A stretch of DNA of 64,000 nucleotides from an uncultured Bacteroidales bacterium (GTDB taxonomy: Bacteria > Bacteroidota > Bacteroidia > Bacteroidales > P3), in NCBI GenBank assembly GCA_900317285.1, contig ONGA01000011.1:4107-68106 (forward strand), written 5' to 3'. Numbering within the stretch: the stretch's first letter is position 1; each line of letters begins with the position of its first letter. The notes beneath the pieces were generated by a model. The model was not told the DNA's origin, searched no databases, and worked only from the letters and a program-made list of their open reading frames with translations. The translations under genes and the position numbers were made by a program. Below are positions 1-8,558 of this stretch, piece after piece.

Positions 1-1699
1 TGATGACGGCGACATGGAGGCAGAGCAGGGGGGAGCTGAGCACGGGCATGAGGTTGGTGACGGGCGGGTTGCTGCCGCTCATCATGGCGACCAGAAGGCA
101 GAAGCCCATGGTGAGCAGGGCTATCGGCAATCGCATTCCCTGTGCAGACGAGGACGTCTGCGCACCCAGTCCGATGATGCCGATGGCGATGGCCATGAGG
201 TTCATGCTGTCGAATCCGCCCGCCATGGGGATGTGGCCGCCAGCTATCCAACGGAGGACGAAGATAAGCAGGAGGTAAGAGGTAAGAACTAAGAGGTAGG
301 AGGTAAGGGCTACTTTCAGCCAACGGGGCATGTTTTTCCCGCGACCCTGGCACCAGAGACTGTAGGCGAAGCAGAGGAGACCGAGGGTGAGGGTGAGCAT
401 CGCCAGCCAGCGGCCGGTGGTGAGGGCGTTGTAGAGTCGCTCGGCTTTGACTCTCGTAGGGGAGGGGAGCACATTGGAAGCGCGTTTCTCCTGGAAGAGT
501 TTTATCTTCTCGAAGACCTGTTCCAGGGCTGCATAGTCGCCTTTCACGACCAGCTCCTGGCAGTAGCTGAGGTGTTTGCGGATGAAGAGGTACTCGTCGT
601 CGGAGACGGACAACGGGAGGTCGTCGTTTTGGGCGTACCAGCCGAGGACGCCGGTGCTGTCGGATACGGGGAAGAGTTTCAGGCCGCGGCCGGAGAGGAG
701 CATCTCTACCAGCGCCTTGCTTTCTTTCTGCCGCTTGGGTTTCACCTGGTCGAGGAGGGGCGCCCAGTCGCCGTAGTTGAAGAGGAAGCCGCTGAGGACC
801 TGCTCGGAGGAGAGGCCTTGGTAGGTGGCTTTGCCGGTGAGCTTGGTGGTGAAATCCTTGGCGAAGGTCTGCAGGGGGCAGATGCGGCCTTTGTAAAGGG
901 TGTACATCTCACCCATCTTGGAAGCGGTCTCGCGGGGCAAGGTTTTTGGCGCTGCCTGCGCCGAATTGAAGATTGAAAGTTGAAAATTGAGAATCAATAA
1001 AAGTCCCAGCGGGACGATGGTTTTTAGCCGTGGGCGCGAGCCCACGGATGGGGTGTTGTGGTGGCTTGAGCCCTGTAAGGGCGGTACATCGGCAGCTGGT
1101 TTTGTGTCGCCCCTACGGGGCTTCTGCTGCAGGCATAGCCATCCCAGACCAAGGAGGAGGAGGGCATAGCCGGTGTAGGTGACGGGGATACCCCAGGGGT
1201 CGTGGCTGACGCTGAGGGTGGTGCTGCCCTGGTCGTCGTAGTCCTCCTGGTAGTAGCGGCGGCCGCCGTGGCGGAGGATGTGGTTCATGGAGATGTCGAA
1301 AGGCTCGCCGTTGGCAGTGACGTGACTGACGAAGTCCATCGGGGTGTGGGTGCCGGGATAGTAGAGCACCTCGAAGCGCTCGAGGGTGATGCCCTCCTTG
1401 GTCTCGCCGGGGGCCAGGGTGATGCTGTAGTGCTCGCCCGTCCAGGTGGTGAGGGCGCCGCCGAGCAATATAATCGGTATTGACGCATGTATCAGCAGCG
1501 AGGCAGGCCGATGCCATAGCCGACCCTGCACGATGGCGACGATGGCAGCCACGGCCACAAGTCCCAGCAGCACGGCGAACCACCATGAGCCGTAGAAGTG
1601 GTCGGCCACCCATTCCGCCCCGCGGTAACGCTCAAAAACGGTGCCCGCGGCCAAAACTATGACCGCAAGCACCATCAAAAAGATTCTTGCTTTCTTCAT
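1..1699 (-). CDS. ccsA: cytochrome c biogenesis protein (System II, ResB-like N-terminus plus CcsA-like membrane domain); 3' end lies beyond the window edge
   Basis: Not in the ORF track because there is no in-window stop. Manual minus-strand translation from ATG 1697-1699 gives MKKARIFLMVLAVIVLAAGTVFERYRGAEWVADHFYGSWWFAVLLGL..., open to position 1. Multiple TM segments; YKGRICPLQTFAKDF block; RWIAGGHIPMAGGFDSMNLMAIAIG near the edge. Starts 16 nt after a di-haem c-type cytochrome gene. Confidence 0.6.
   Translation of the reverse strand, partial: MKKARIFLMVLAVIVLAAGTVFERYRGAEWVADHFYGSWWFAVLLGLVAVAAIVAIVQGRLWHRPASLLIHASIPIILLGGALTTWTGEHYSITLAPGETKEGITLERFEVLYYPGTHTPMDFVSHVTANGEPFDISMNHILRHGGRRYYQEDYDDQGSTTLSVSHDPWGIPVTYTGYALLLLGLGWLCLQQKPRRGDTKPAADVPPLQGSSHHNTPSVGSRPRLKTIVPLGLLLILNFQLSIFNSAQAAPKTLPRETASKMGEMYTLYKGRICPLQTFAKDFTTKLTGKATYQGLSSEQVLSGFLFNYGDWAPLLDQVKPKRQKESKALVEMLLSGRGLKLFPVSDSTGVLGWYAQNDDLPLSVSDDEYLFIRKHLSYCQELVVKGDYAALEQVFEKIKLFQEKRASNVLPSPTRVKAERLYNALTTGRWLAMLTLTLGLLCFAYSLWCQGRGKNMPRWLKVALTSYLLVLTSYLLLIFVLRWIAGGHIPMAGGFDSMNLMAIAIGIIGLGAQTSSSAQGMRLPIALLTMGFCLLVAMMSGSNPPVTNLMPVLSSPLLCLHVAVI
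271..308. repeat. degenerate 7-bp tandem repeat (GGTAAGA-like), in frame inside ccsA
   Basis: ggaggtaagaggtaagaactaagaggtaggaggtaaggg encodes LTSYLLVLTSYLLL on the minus strand. Shares GTAAGAACTAAGA with 56907-56930. Confidence 0.8.
964..997. repeat. GAATTGA/TCAATTC heptamer-family repeat, in frame inside ccsA
   Basis: aattgaagattgaaagttgaaaattgagaatcaa encodes ILNFQLSIFNS on the minus strand. Same word family as 8488-8550, 14947-15034, 57121-57153 and 63819-63844. Confidence 0.8.
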
Positions 1700-1715
1700 T
1701 CTCCTTAACTACAAA

Positions 1716-3284
1716 TTAGATGGCATTGATGAATTTCACCACGGCGTCGCGGTCCTCCTTTGAGAGTTGGCGGAAACGCTCGACGGTCCAGCGGGCGTCG
1801 CTCTGGGCGGAGCCGTGCCACATGATGGCCTCGATGACGTTGCGGGCGCGGCAGTCGTGCAGGCGGTCGGCATGGCCGGAGCAGATGGGTGCCAGGCCGC
1901 GGCCCCACAGCGGGGTGGTGCGGCACCAGCCTGTGCGGATGTCGTTTTTCATGAAGAGGCGGTGCTGCACCATGTCGGTGTAGGGCCAGATTTTCTGGTA
2001 GGGGTAGCGAGGCAGGCGGGCGTCGCCGTCGCTAAAGAAACCGTTGGGGTCGGTGAAGTTGTCGGGACCCGTCTCCCAGCTGGGACGGTGGCAGGTGGCG
2101 CAGCCCGACTCGATGAAGAGGCGTTTGCCGCGCTGTACGGTAGCGTCGGTGATGTTGCGGGCGGCGGGGACGGCGAGACCACGGTGCCATATCATGAAGT
2201 TGACATAGTCCTCATCGCTCATCTCGACGGGCAGGTCGGTGGAGGTGAGGTAGTTGTAGATGTCCTGCTGCACGTTGCCGGTGCGGTTCCAATCAGGGAA
2301 GTACTGGTAGAACTGTGCCTGCACGTCGGGGTCCTGTGAGGCGGCGGTGGCGTAGATGGTGGGGTCGAGGCTGAGGTAGTGCTTGCGGCGGTCGCTGCGG
2401 GTGACGTTAGTGATGTTCCAGATGGCGTTGGCGCCGGCGGCATCCTGCAGGGGACCGCGGCTGAGGGCGTAGGTGAAGCGCTTGGGATGCGTGGTGTTGC
2501 CATAGAGCGAGGCCCAGTCGCCGCCGGCCCAGATGGCGGGGTTGAGGGTGGCGCCAGCCTGCTGCTCACGCAGATACTGCGCCTTGAGCGAGTCGTCGGG
2601 GATGGCGTCGAGGAGACCAGTGCCGTAGATGCCAATGGTGCTCTCGAGGCGGAACGCCAGTTGAGAGTAGGGGGTGGAGAGCGGGGCGTAGAATGCATCC
2701 TCGGGGATGTTGACCTCGGGATAGATGAGGTCGTAGGTCTCGCCGTCGGGGAATCGGTTGCCCCAGTCGTCGGTGTAGGGCAGCCATGCGATGGTGATCT
2801 TCTCCTCGTCGATGGAGGGCTTGAAGGGCGCCACGGCCTTGGTTTGCGGCATGCCGGCCACGGAGGATTCATAGGCATTGGTGGCGCTGTTGTAGACCAC
2901 CAGCAGGTAGCCGTTGCCCCAGTCGTCGGCACGGTAGCGTTCCATGCGTCGTCCGTGGCCGTAGCCTGGGTGACAGCTCTCGCAGCTGGAACGTACGTAG
3001 AGCGGCCCGAGGCCGTTGAAGGGAGGGTTGTTCTGCGTCACGGTGTGCTCGAAAAACATCTCGCCGTATTTGAAGGCGTTGACCATGCCGGCGTTGACCA
3101 CGGCGGGAGTGGGGTCCTCGTAGGCCGAGGCCGACTGGTTGAAGGTGGTTCCGAGCAGACCGCCGGCGTAGGTTTCCTCGCTGACGCCCTCGGGGGCTGG
3201 CGAGGACTCTTTCTCGTCGCGGTTGCAGGCGGCGAAGGTTAGCGCCAGTGCGGCTGCGGATAATAATAATGTTGACTTTTTCAT
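1716..3284 (-). CDS. di-haem cytochrome c peroxidase-like lipoprotein (DUF1111 / putative thiol oxidoreductase family)
   Basis: 522-aa ORF. Lipoprotein signal (LTFAAC). Two CxxCH haem motifs (CESCH, CATCH). Sits in an imelysin neighbourhood. Confidence 0.8.
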   Translation of the reverse strand: MKKSTLLLSAAALALTFAACNRDEKESSPAPEGVSEETYAGGLLGTTFNQSASAYEDPTPAVVNAGMVNAFKYGEMFFEHTVTQNNPPFNGLGPLYVRSSCESCHPGYGHGRRMERYRADDWGNGYLLVVYNSATNAYESSVAGMPQTKAVAPFKPSIDEEKITIAWLPYTDDWGNRFPDGETYDLIYPEVNIPEDAFYAPLSTPYSQLAFRLESTIGIYGTGLLDAIPDDSLKAQYLREQQAGATLNPAIWAGGDWASLYGNTTHPKRFTYALSRGPLQDAAGANAIWNITNVTRSDRRKHYLSLDPTIYATAASQDPDVQAQFYQYFPDWNRTGNVQQDIYNYLTSTDLPVEMSDEDYVNFMIWHRGLAVPAARNITDATVQRGKRLFIESGCATCHRPSWETGPDNFTDPNGFFSDGDARLPRYPYQKIWPYTDMVQHRLFMKNDIRTGWCRTTPLWGRGLAPICSGHADRLHDCRARNVIEAIMWHGSAQSDARWTVERFRQLSKEDRDAVVKFINAI

Positions 3285-3292
3285 CTTTTTTC

Positions 3293-3340
3293 GGTTTTAC
3301 GTTATTTCGTTATAACGTTATTACGATTTCTCGTTACAAC
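3293..3340. repeat. 8-bp word-stutter repeat (CGTTATAA-like) in the imelysin/DUF1111 spacer
   Basis: ggttttacgttatttcgttataacgttattacgatttctcgttacaac. Confidence 0.7.
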
Positions 3341-3343
3341 AGG

Positions 3344-4507
3344 TTAGTTTTCTCTGACGACCTCGCTGGCGCGCTCGAGCTTCTCGCTCAGGGTGGCGCA
3401 GGCCTGTGCGGCGACGCCGTTGCGCTCGTCGGTGCGGTTGTTGACGAAGGGACGCGGCATGGCGTCGATGGCGACAAGGGCAGCGTCAATGGCCTCGCGC
3501 ACCTCGGCGTCGACGGAGGCGTTAAGGTCTTTCACATAGCTGTGGAGTGAGCGGCTCTCGTCGCGCTGACCCTCGTTTCCGCCCATATAGGCATTGCGGA
3601 TACTGAGGATGTTGTCGTAGAAGTCTTCCACCGACTTCTGGCTGTAGGGGCTTTCGATGTAGTGGATGTCCTCGTCGGAGGTACCCTCGTAGGGGCGGCC
3701 GATCTTCTGGGTGCCCACTTCGTCGGCGATGTCCATGCAACCCTGGATGATTTCCAAAAGGGCGGCTTTGCTGGTGGGGTAGATGCTACCGGCTTTGCCT
3801 GCGTTCTTCATGTTCTCGCCGTAGCTGTAGTTGCCGCCACCCACGGTGTACTCCCACTCACACTCTTCCATTTTCTGGGTGTAGTGGGCGGGTACGTTGT
3901 CCTCGCCGGCCCAGCTGATGGCCAGGCGGTAGCAGCAGTTGCGCAGGTCGCCCGCCACGGCGACGGCATAGGTGAGCTGGCTCGCGGTAATGTCGGCGAT
4001 GTTCTTGGGTGAGCCGTTGGCGAAGAGCACATACTCCAGACCGTGGAAGCCCAGCAGGGTGGTTTCGAGGCCGTTGGCGACGATGTCGCCGTCCTCACCG
4101 CCCAGCTGTGCCAGCTGGTTGGCGTTGCCCATGAGTGCGTCAAAGCGGTCGGCGTCGAGGGGCCAACTGTCGATGTGGGGATCGATACCGAAGTTGGAGG
4201 CCGGGCCGAAGAGGAAGGCCTCGCTCTTCTCCCACTGCTCGCGAGCGGCGAGGAAGGTAGCGCAGACGGTGTTGAGGCCGCTTTGGGTGGGGTTGGCTTT
4301 CAGTGCCGCCAGCTGCTCAACCAGCTGCTCGGCATTGGCGGCTAATGCTTTGTAGGTAGGTACCACGGTGTGGTCCACAAACTGTTCGGCGATAGCGGCG
4401 GCTTTCTGGTCGGTCGTCGTCACGTCCATGTCATCGTCTTTGCTGCACGAGGCAAGCGTCAGTGTGGCAGCTAAAGCCACGGCTAAAGTTTTGAATAAAT
4501 GCTTCAT
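3344..4507 (-). CDS. imelysin-family lipoprotein (peptidase_M75 / IrpA-like, iron-associated)
   Basis: 387-aa ORF. Lipoprotein signal (LTLASC). HxxE motif in LLGFHGLEYVLF. Adjacent to the DUF1111 gene. Confidence 0.8.
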   Translation of the reverse strand: MKHLFKTLAVALAATLTLASCSKDDDMDVTTTDQKAAAIAEQFVDHTVVPTYKALAANAEQLVEQLAALKANPTQSGLNTVCATFLAAREQWEKSEAFLFGPASNFGIDPHIDSWPLDADRFDALMGNANQLAQLGGEDGDIVANGLETTLLGFHGLEYVLFANGSPKNIADITASQLTYAVAVAGDLRNCCYRLAISWAGEDNVPAHYTQKMEECEWEYTVGGGNYSYGENMKNAGKAGSIYPTSKAALLEIIQGCMDIADEVGTQKIGRPYEGTSDEDIHYIESPYSQKSVEDFYDNILSIRNAYMGGNEGQRDESRSLHSYVKDLNASVDAEVREAIDAALVAIDAMPRPFVNNRTDERNGVAAQACATLSEKLERASEVVREN

Positions 4508-4529
4508 ATTAGTATTATGTTTTTAATTA

Positions 4530-5828
4530 TCAATTTCCGTTTTTAAAGAACCCAGTCCAGGTGATGCCCAGGGCGAAGAAAGGCTCGTTATTGTATTGGC
4601 TGTCGAAGAGGCGGATGCCACCTTCGGCTTTGAGAGTTACCTCGGGGATGGGACTGTAGTTCAGTCCCCCCGACACTACCTGCCGCTCGCACCAGCCGAT
4701 GTCGGTCATTACGCCGCCGGGCACAAAACTGTCGTAGTGGTCATAGCGGCCGAAGATGAAGAGCTTCTGCTTCGTTTTGCTCCAAGCGAGGGCGTTGATA
4801 CCGGCCTCGATGGCGGCATCCCAAGCACTCTCGCCGACGGCGGTATGGGGGTAGGGGTTACCCGTCATCGTAGTCTGGTTCATGTTGTGTTGCGAGATGA
4901 GCACGGCATCGTTCAGGTGTCCGTAGTCGACGTTGCCGCGCACGATGAGCCAGTGGCTTTTGTAAGCGAAGTCGAAAGCGCCAATCAGTACAGTTCCTTT
5001 CACGTCGTGGTATTTCGACGTCTCGCCGTAGTTGTCGGTCTTGATATCGTTGTTGAAGCTGTTGCCGATGTATCCGCTGAGGCTGAGACGCAGGCCAGGC
5101 ACACCTGACCAGTCGACCCTCGCGGCGCAGGCCAGGCTGCTGGCGGGACGGAACTCATAGGGCGAGGCGCTGCCGTTATGAATCCAGCCTGCATTGTTGA
5201 AGAAATAGGCGTTCAGAGCGGGAAGTACCTGCGCCTCATAGCGCCAAGCACCGCTCTTACCCCAAACGGAAACGCCAGTCTCATGCCATGTGCAGGGCAT
5301 GATGGTGTTTTCGCCCTCGGGGCGGTAGACGCTGAAAAACTGGTTGGGTGTGTGGCTGTTGTTGGTCATTCCTACGGGCACGACGATATGTCCTGCACGG
5401 ATGTTTAAAGTTTTGCTGAAACTTTTCTGTACCCAGAACTGTTCCAGTGCCACTTCGCCGCCGCGTTCCACCTCCTGCTCGAACTCACCGGCCTCTTCGG
5501 CTTCCATCTCGGTCGCCACCTCGGTGCCGCCATGTTCGAACTCAATCTCGGTGCCGATGCTCCATCCGTGGCCGAAGTCGTAGCCCAGCATGATGACGGC
5601 ATGGGGGAGGTCCACGCGCCCATGATCTGCGGCATCTTTATAGTTGGCGGGATACATGTAGCGGTGCACGTCGTCGCTGTAGAAATGGCGGCTGTAGACA
5701 GCCTCTCCATAACCACCGATAGTCAGGCGGCTTTTGGTGCCTGTAGTATCGTTTTGTCCCGAAACCGGGGCTTGGAAAGCAAGTGCAGAAATCGCACAAA
5801 GAATTAGTACACTTTTTGTTAATCGCAT
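4530..5828 (-). CDS. outer-membrane beta-barrel porin-like protein, first gene of the imelysin operon
   Basis: ORF 4530..5882. Start chosen at MRLTKSVLILCAISALAFQ (ATG 5826-5828), because the upstream ATG lies beyond the -7 promoter box. Alternating beta-strand pattern; aromatic-rich C-terminus. Confidence 0.6.
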   Translation of the reverse strand: MRLTKSVLILCAISALAFQAPVSGQNDTTGTKSRLTIGGYGEAVYSRHFYSDDVHRYMYPANYKDAADHGRVDLPHAVIMLGYDFGHGWSIGTEIEFEHGGTEVATEMEAEEAGEFEQEVERGGEVALEQFWVQKSFSKTLNIRAGHIVVPVGMTNNSHTPNQFFSVYRPEGENTIMPCTWHETGVSVWGKSGAWRYEAQVLPALNAYFFNNAGWIHNGSASPYEFRPASSLACAARVDWSGVPGLRLSLSGYIGNSFNNDIKTDNYGETSKYHDVKGTVLIGAFDFAYKSHWLIVRGNVDYGHLNDAVLISQHNMNQTTMTGNPYPHTAVGESAWDAAIEAGINALAWSKTKQKLFIFGRYDHYDSFVPGGVMTDIGWCERQVVSGGLNYSPIPEVTLKAEGGIRLFDSQYNNEPFFALGITWTGFFKNGN

Positions 5829-5851
5829 AATGCAGTTGTTTTTGTTGGTTG

Positions 5852-5859
5852 CAAAGATA
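5852..5859 (-). promoter_or_regulatory. Bacteroidota -7 promoter box (TATCTTTG) for the porin/imelysin/DUF1111/ccsA operon
   Basis: Plus-strand caaagata inside tgcaaagatag, 24 nt upstream of ATG 5828. Confidence 0.5.
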
Positions 5860-5937
5860 GATTCATTCCCTTGTATGGGCAATCACCACAATTGGTGATT
5901 TTTTATGCTTTTGTCTCGATGGTTTACCAAATATATG

Positions 5938-5945
5938 TATTTTTG
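5938..5945 (+). promoter_or_regulatory. -7 promoter box (TATTTTTG)
   Basis: tgtatttttgcaac, 45 nt upstream of ATG 5990. Confidence 0.45.
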
Positions 5946-5989
5946 CAACTCGAACAAAAATAGCTGATTTAATATAAATAACTGAAAAA

Positions 5990-6277
5990 ATGAACTTTAC
6001 TGGAATTATTATAGGGGTGTCGTCCTTTCTGTGCATAGGCCTTTTCCATCCTGTCGTCATCAAGGCTGAATATTATTTCGGGACCCGTTGCTGGTGGGTG
6101 TTCCTGCTGGTGGCAGTGGTCTGCATCGCCGGGTCGCTGCTTGTGGCGTCGACTATTCCGTCGACCATTCTCGGCGTGGTGGCTTTCTCCAGCCTGTGGT
6201 CGATTCTCGAGCTGTTCAAGCAGCGTGAGAGGGTGGAGAAGGGGTGGTTCCCCAAGAATCCCAAGCTTAAGGATTGA
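5990..6277 (+). CDS. small polytopic membrane protein (DUF4491-like)
   Basis: 95-aa ORF with three hydrophobic segments. Family name is from memory only. Confidence 0.5.
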   Translation: MNFTGIIIGVSSFLCIGLFHPVVIKAEYYFGTRCWWVFLLVAVVCIAGSLLVASTIPSTILGVVAFSSLWSILELFKQRERVEKGWFPKNPKLKD

Positions 6278-6375
6278 TTTGATTTCCTCCGATGCGGAGG
6301 AGTAGAAAATGGACCGGGGGCGTGGTGCATTCATGCGCCACGCCCCCGGCATAGGGTTCGTTGTGGAAGGATGGT

Positions 6376-8433
6376 TTACCAGAGGACGACGCGGAGCTCG
6401 GGAGCGAGCCACATGCCGTCGCCTTCCTTGATGCCGAAGGCCTCGATGAATTCGGTGACCTGGGGCAGGGCGACGTTGACGCGGTTGCGGCCGAGGGAGT
6501 GGACATCCATCTGGGTGAGCTGCAGGGCAGCTGCGGGGCGGATGTTGGAGGCCCAGACGGCAGCGTAGGCGAGGAAGAAGCGCTGTTCGGGGGTGAAGCC
6601 GTCCATCTTGTCGGTGTTGACTTGATTGGCTTTCATGGCGTTCTGCATGGCGAGGTAGCTGACGTGGAGACCGCCGTTGTCGGCGATGTTCTCGCCGAGG
6701 GTGAGCTCGCCATTGCCATGGATGAGGCCAAGTTCGGGATCGTCGAGGGCGACGCATTTGTTGAAGGCGTCGATGAGGGTCTGCTTGTTGCGGTCGAAGT
6801 TGGCTGCATCCTCGGCGGTCCACCAGTCGTTGAGGTTACCGTCCTTGTCGTACTGGCGGCCCTGGTCGTCGAAGCCATGGGTGAGCTCGTGGCCGATGAC
6901 GACACCGATGGCACCGTAGTTGGCGGCCTCGTCGGCGTTGAGGTTGAAGAAGGGAGGCTGGAGGATGGCAGCGGGGAAGCAGATTTCGTTGGTGGTGGGG
7001 TTATAGTAGGCGTTGACGGTCTGGGGAGTCATGCCCCATTCGTCGCGGTCGACGGGTTTGTTGATTTTGCTGAGCATGTAGTCCATGTCGAACTCGTTGC
7101 TGCGGACGACGTTGGCGTAGTAGCTGTCGTTCTTGATTTCGAGTTTGCTGTAGTCGCGCCACTTGTTGGGGTAGCCAATCTTGATGAGGAGGGTGGAGAG
7201 CTTGTCGTGAGCGTTTTTCTTGGTGGCGGCGGTCATCCATTTGGCCATGTCGATGCGCTGGCCGAGGGCGGTGATGAGGTTCTGCACGAGGGTTTCCATG
7301 CGGGCTTTCGCTTCGGCGGGGAAGTAGCGTTCGACATAGAGCTGGCCGAGGGCCTCGCCCATGGCGCCGTCGACGACGGAGGTGACGCGTTTCCAGCGGG
7401 GACGGTTGACCTCGCGGCCACTGAGGAGACGGCCGTAGAAGTCGAAGTTGGCCTCGACGAAGTCGTCGCTGAGGTAGGAGGCGGCGGAGTTGATTTCGTG
7501 CCAGGCGAAGTAGGCCTTGAGGGTCTCGATGTCGGCATCTTTCATCACTTTGTTGACTTCGGCGAAGTATTTAGGCTGGGCGATGTTGAAGGTCTTCATG
7601 CCATCGAGGATGTTCATGGCGGTGAAGTAGCCCTTCCAGTCGATGTTGGGAGCGAACTTGGCAGCTTCCTCAACAGAGTAGCGGTTGAAGGTGGACTGCG
7701 GGTCGCGGTTTTCGAGCTGGGTGTTCTGGCTCTTGGCGATGCGGGTCTCGAAGGCCATCACCATCTGGGCGAGCTTGTCGGCGCTTTTGCCGGCGAGTTT
7801 GTCGTAGCCGCTCATGGCGAATTCCTTGGTCATGAGTTCGACGTAGCCCTTGCGGATGTTCTTGTTGTTGCCCTCGTCGAGGAGGTAGTAGTCGCGGTCG
7901 CCGAGACCGAGGCCGCTCTGGTAGGCCCAGGCGATGCACTGCTTGGCGTCGTCCTTGTCGGCTTCACCGAAGACACCGAAGAGGACGTGGTTGCCACGAC
8001 GGTGCATCTTGAGGAGCTCGCCCCAGATGTCGTCGCGGGTCTTGAGGGCTGCGATTTCCTCGAGGTAGGGGGTGAGGGGTGCCACACCGTCGGCCTGCAG
8101 CTTGGCACTGTCCATGCCGATGTTGTAGAGGGTGGCAATTTTGTCGGCGATGGAGCCCTTCTCGTTCTGCATCTTCGAGACAGAGTCGATGATGCCCTTG
8201 AGGTTTTCCTGTGCGTTCTCGTGGAGGACGTCGAAGGCGCCGTAGCGCGAATGCTCGCCGTCGAGGGGATTGTTCTTCATCCAGCCGCCGCAGGCGTACT
8301 GATAGAAGTCGTCCTCGAGGCGGACGGTGGTGTCGAGGTTGTCCAGATTGATGCCCGAGGTGAGCTGGGGCTTCTGCTGGCAACCGGTAGCGATAACTGC
8401 CATAGTAGCAATACTTAAGATGGTTTTCTTCAT
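6376..8433 (-). CDS. pepO: M13 family zinc metallopeptidase (PepO / endothelin-converting-enzyme-like lipoprotein)
   Basis: 685 aa. Lipoprotein signal (IATGC). HExxH in VIGHELTHGFD. GENIADNGG motif. Confidence 0.9.
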   Translation of the reverse strand: MKKTILSIATMAVIATGCQQKPQLTSGINLDNLDTTVRLEDDFYQYACGGWMKNNPLDGEHSRYGAFDVLHENAQENLKGIIDSVSKMQNEKGSIADKIATLYNIGMDSAKLQADGVAPLTPYLEEIAALKTRDDIWGELLKMHRRGNHVLFGVFGEADKDDAKQCIAWAYQSGLGLGDRDYYLLDEGNNKNIRKGYVELMTKEFAMSGYDKLAGKSADKLAQMVMAFETRIAKSQNTQLENRDPQSTFNRYSVEEAAKFAPNIDWKGYFTAMNILDGMKTFNIAQPKYFAEVNKVMKDADIETLKAYFAWHEINSAASYLSDDFVEANFDFYGRLLSGREVNRPRWKRVTSVVDGAMGEALGQLYVERYFPAEAKARMETLVQNLITALGQRIDMAKWMTAATKKNAHDKLSTLLIKIGYPNKWRDYSKLEIKNDSYYANVVRSNEFDMDYMLSKINKPVDRDEWGMTPQTVNAYYNPTTNEICFPAAILQPPFFNLNADEAANYGAIGVVIGHELTHGFDDQGRQYDKDGNLNDWWTAEDAANFDRNKQTLIDAFNKCVALDDPELGLIHGNGELTLGENIADNGGLHVSYLAMQNAMKANQVNTDKMDGFTPEQRFFLAYAAVWASNIRPAAALQLTQMDVHSLGRNRVNVALPQVTEFIEAFGIKEGDGMWLAPELRVVLW

Positions 8434-8472
8434 TGTGTTATTTATTAATAATTGATTTCAAAAAAGCGGGTG

Positions 8473-8480
8473 CAAAAGTA
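8473..8480 (-). promoter_or_regulatory. -7 promoter box (TACTTTTG) for pepO
   Basis: tgcaaaagtacgaaaa, 40 nt upstream of ATG 8433. Confidence 0.45.
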
Positions 8481-8487
8481 CGAAAAA

Positions 8488-8550
8488 AAATTGAAAAATG
8501 AGGATTGAAAATTGAAAAAGATGCGAGAATTGAACTGAAAACTAACTACT
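8488..8550. repeat. GAATTGA-family heptamer stutter followed by AACTAAC words
   Basis: aaattgaaaaatgaggattgaaaattgaaaaagatgcgagaattgaactgaaaactaactactaacc. Confidence 0.7.
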
Positions 8551-8558
8551 AACCACAG

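Noticed and set aside
5829-5882. Upstream in-frame starts given by the ORF track: porin 5882, alaX 10882, radical SAM 21266, HEAT gene 22945, AlkD-like 23232, DUF6266-like 24962, HTH 25747, nrdG 27329, truA 56128, His-rich ORF 17534
   Set aside because: In each case the extension overlaps a TAnnTTTG promoter box or a neighbouring gene, or adds Arg/Pro-rich nonsense. An internal ATG gives a canonical N-terminus instead.
6361-8418. 685-aa plus-strand ORF, exactly mirroring pepO
   Set aside because: It is an antisense shadow of a real GC3-rich gene. The G/V/E/A/D-rich translation has no motifs, whereas the minus strand encodes a complete M13 peptidase with HExxH.
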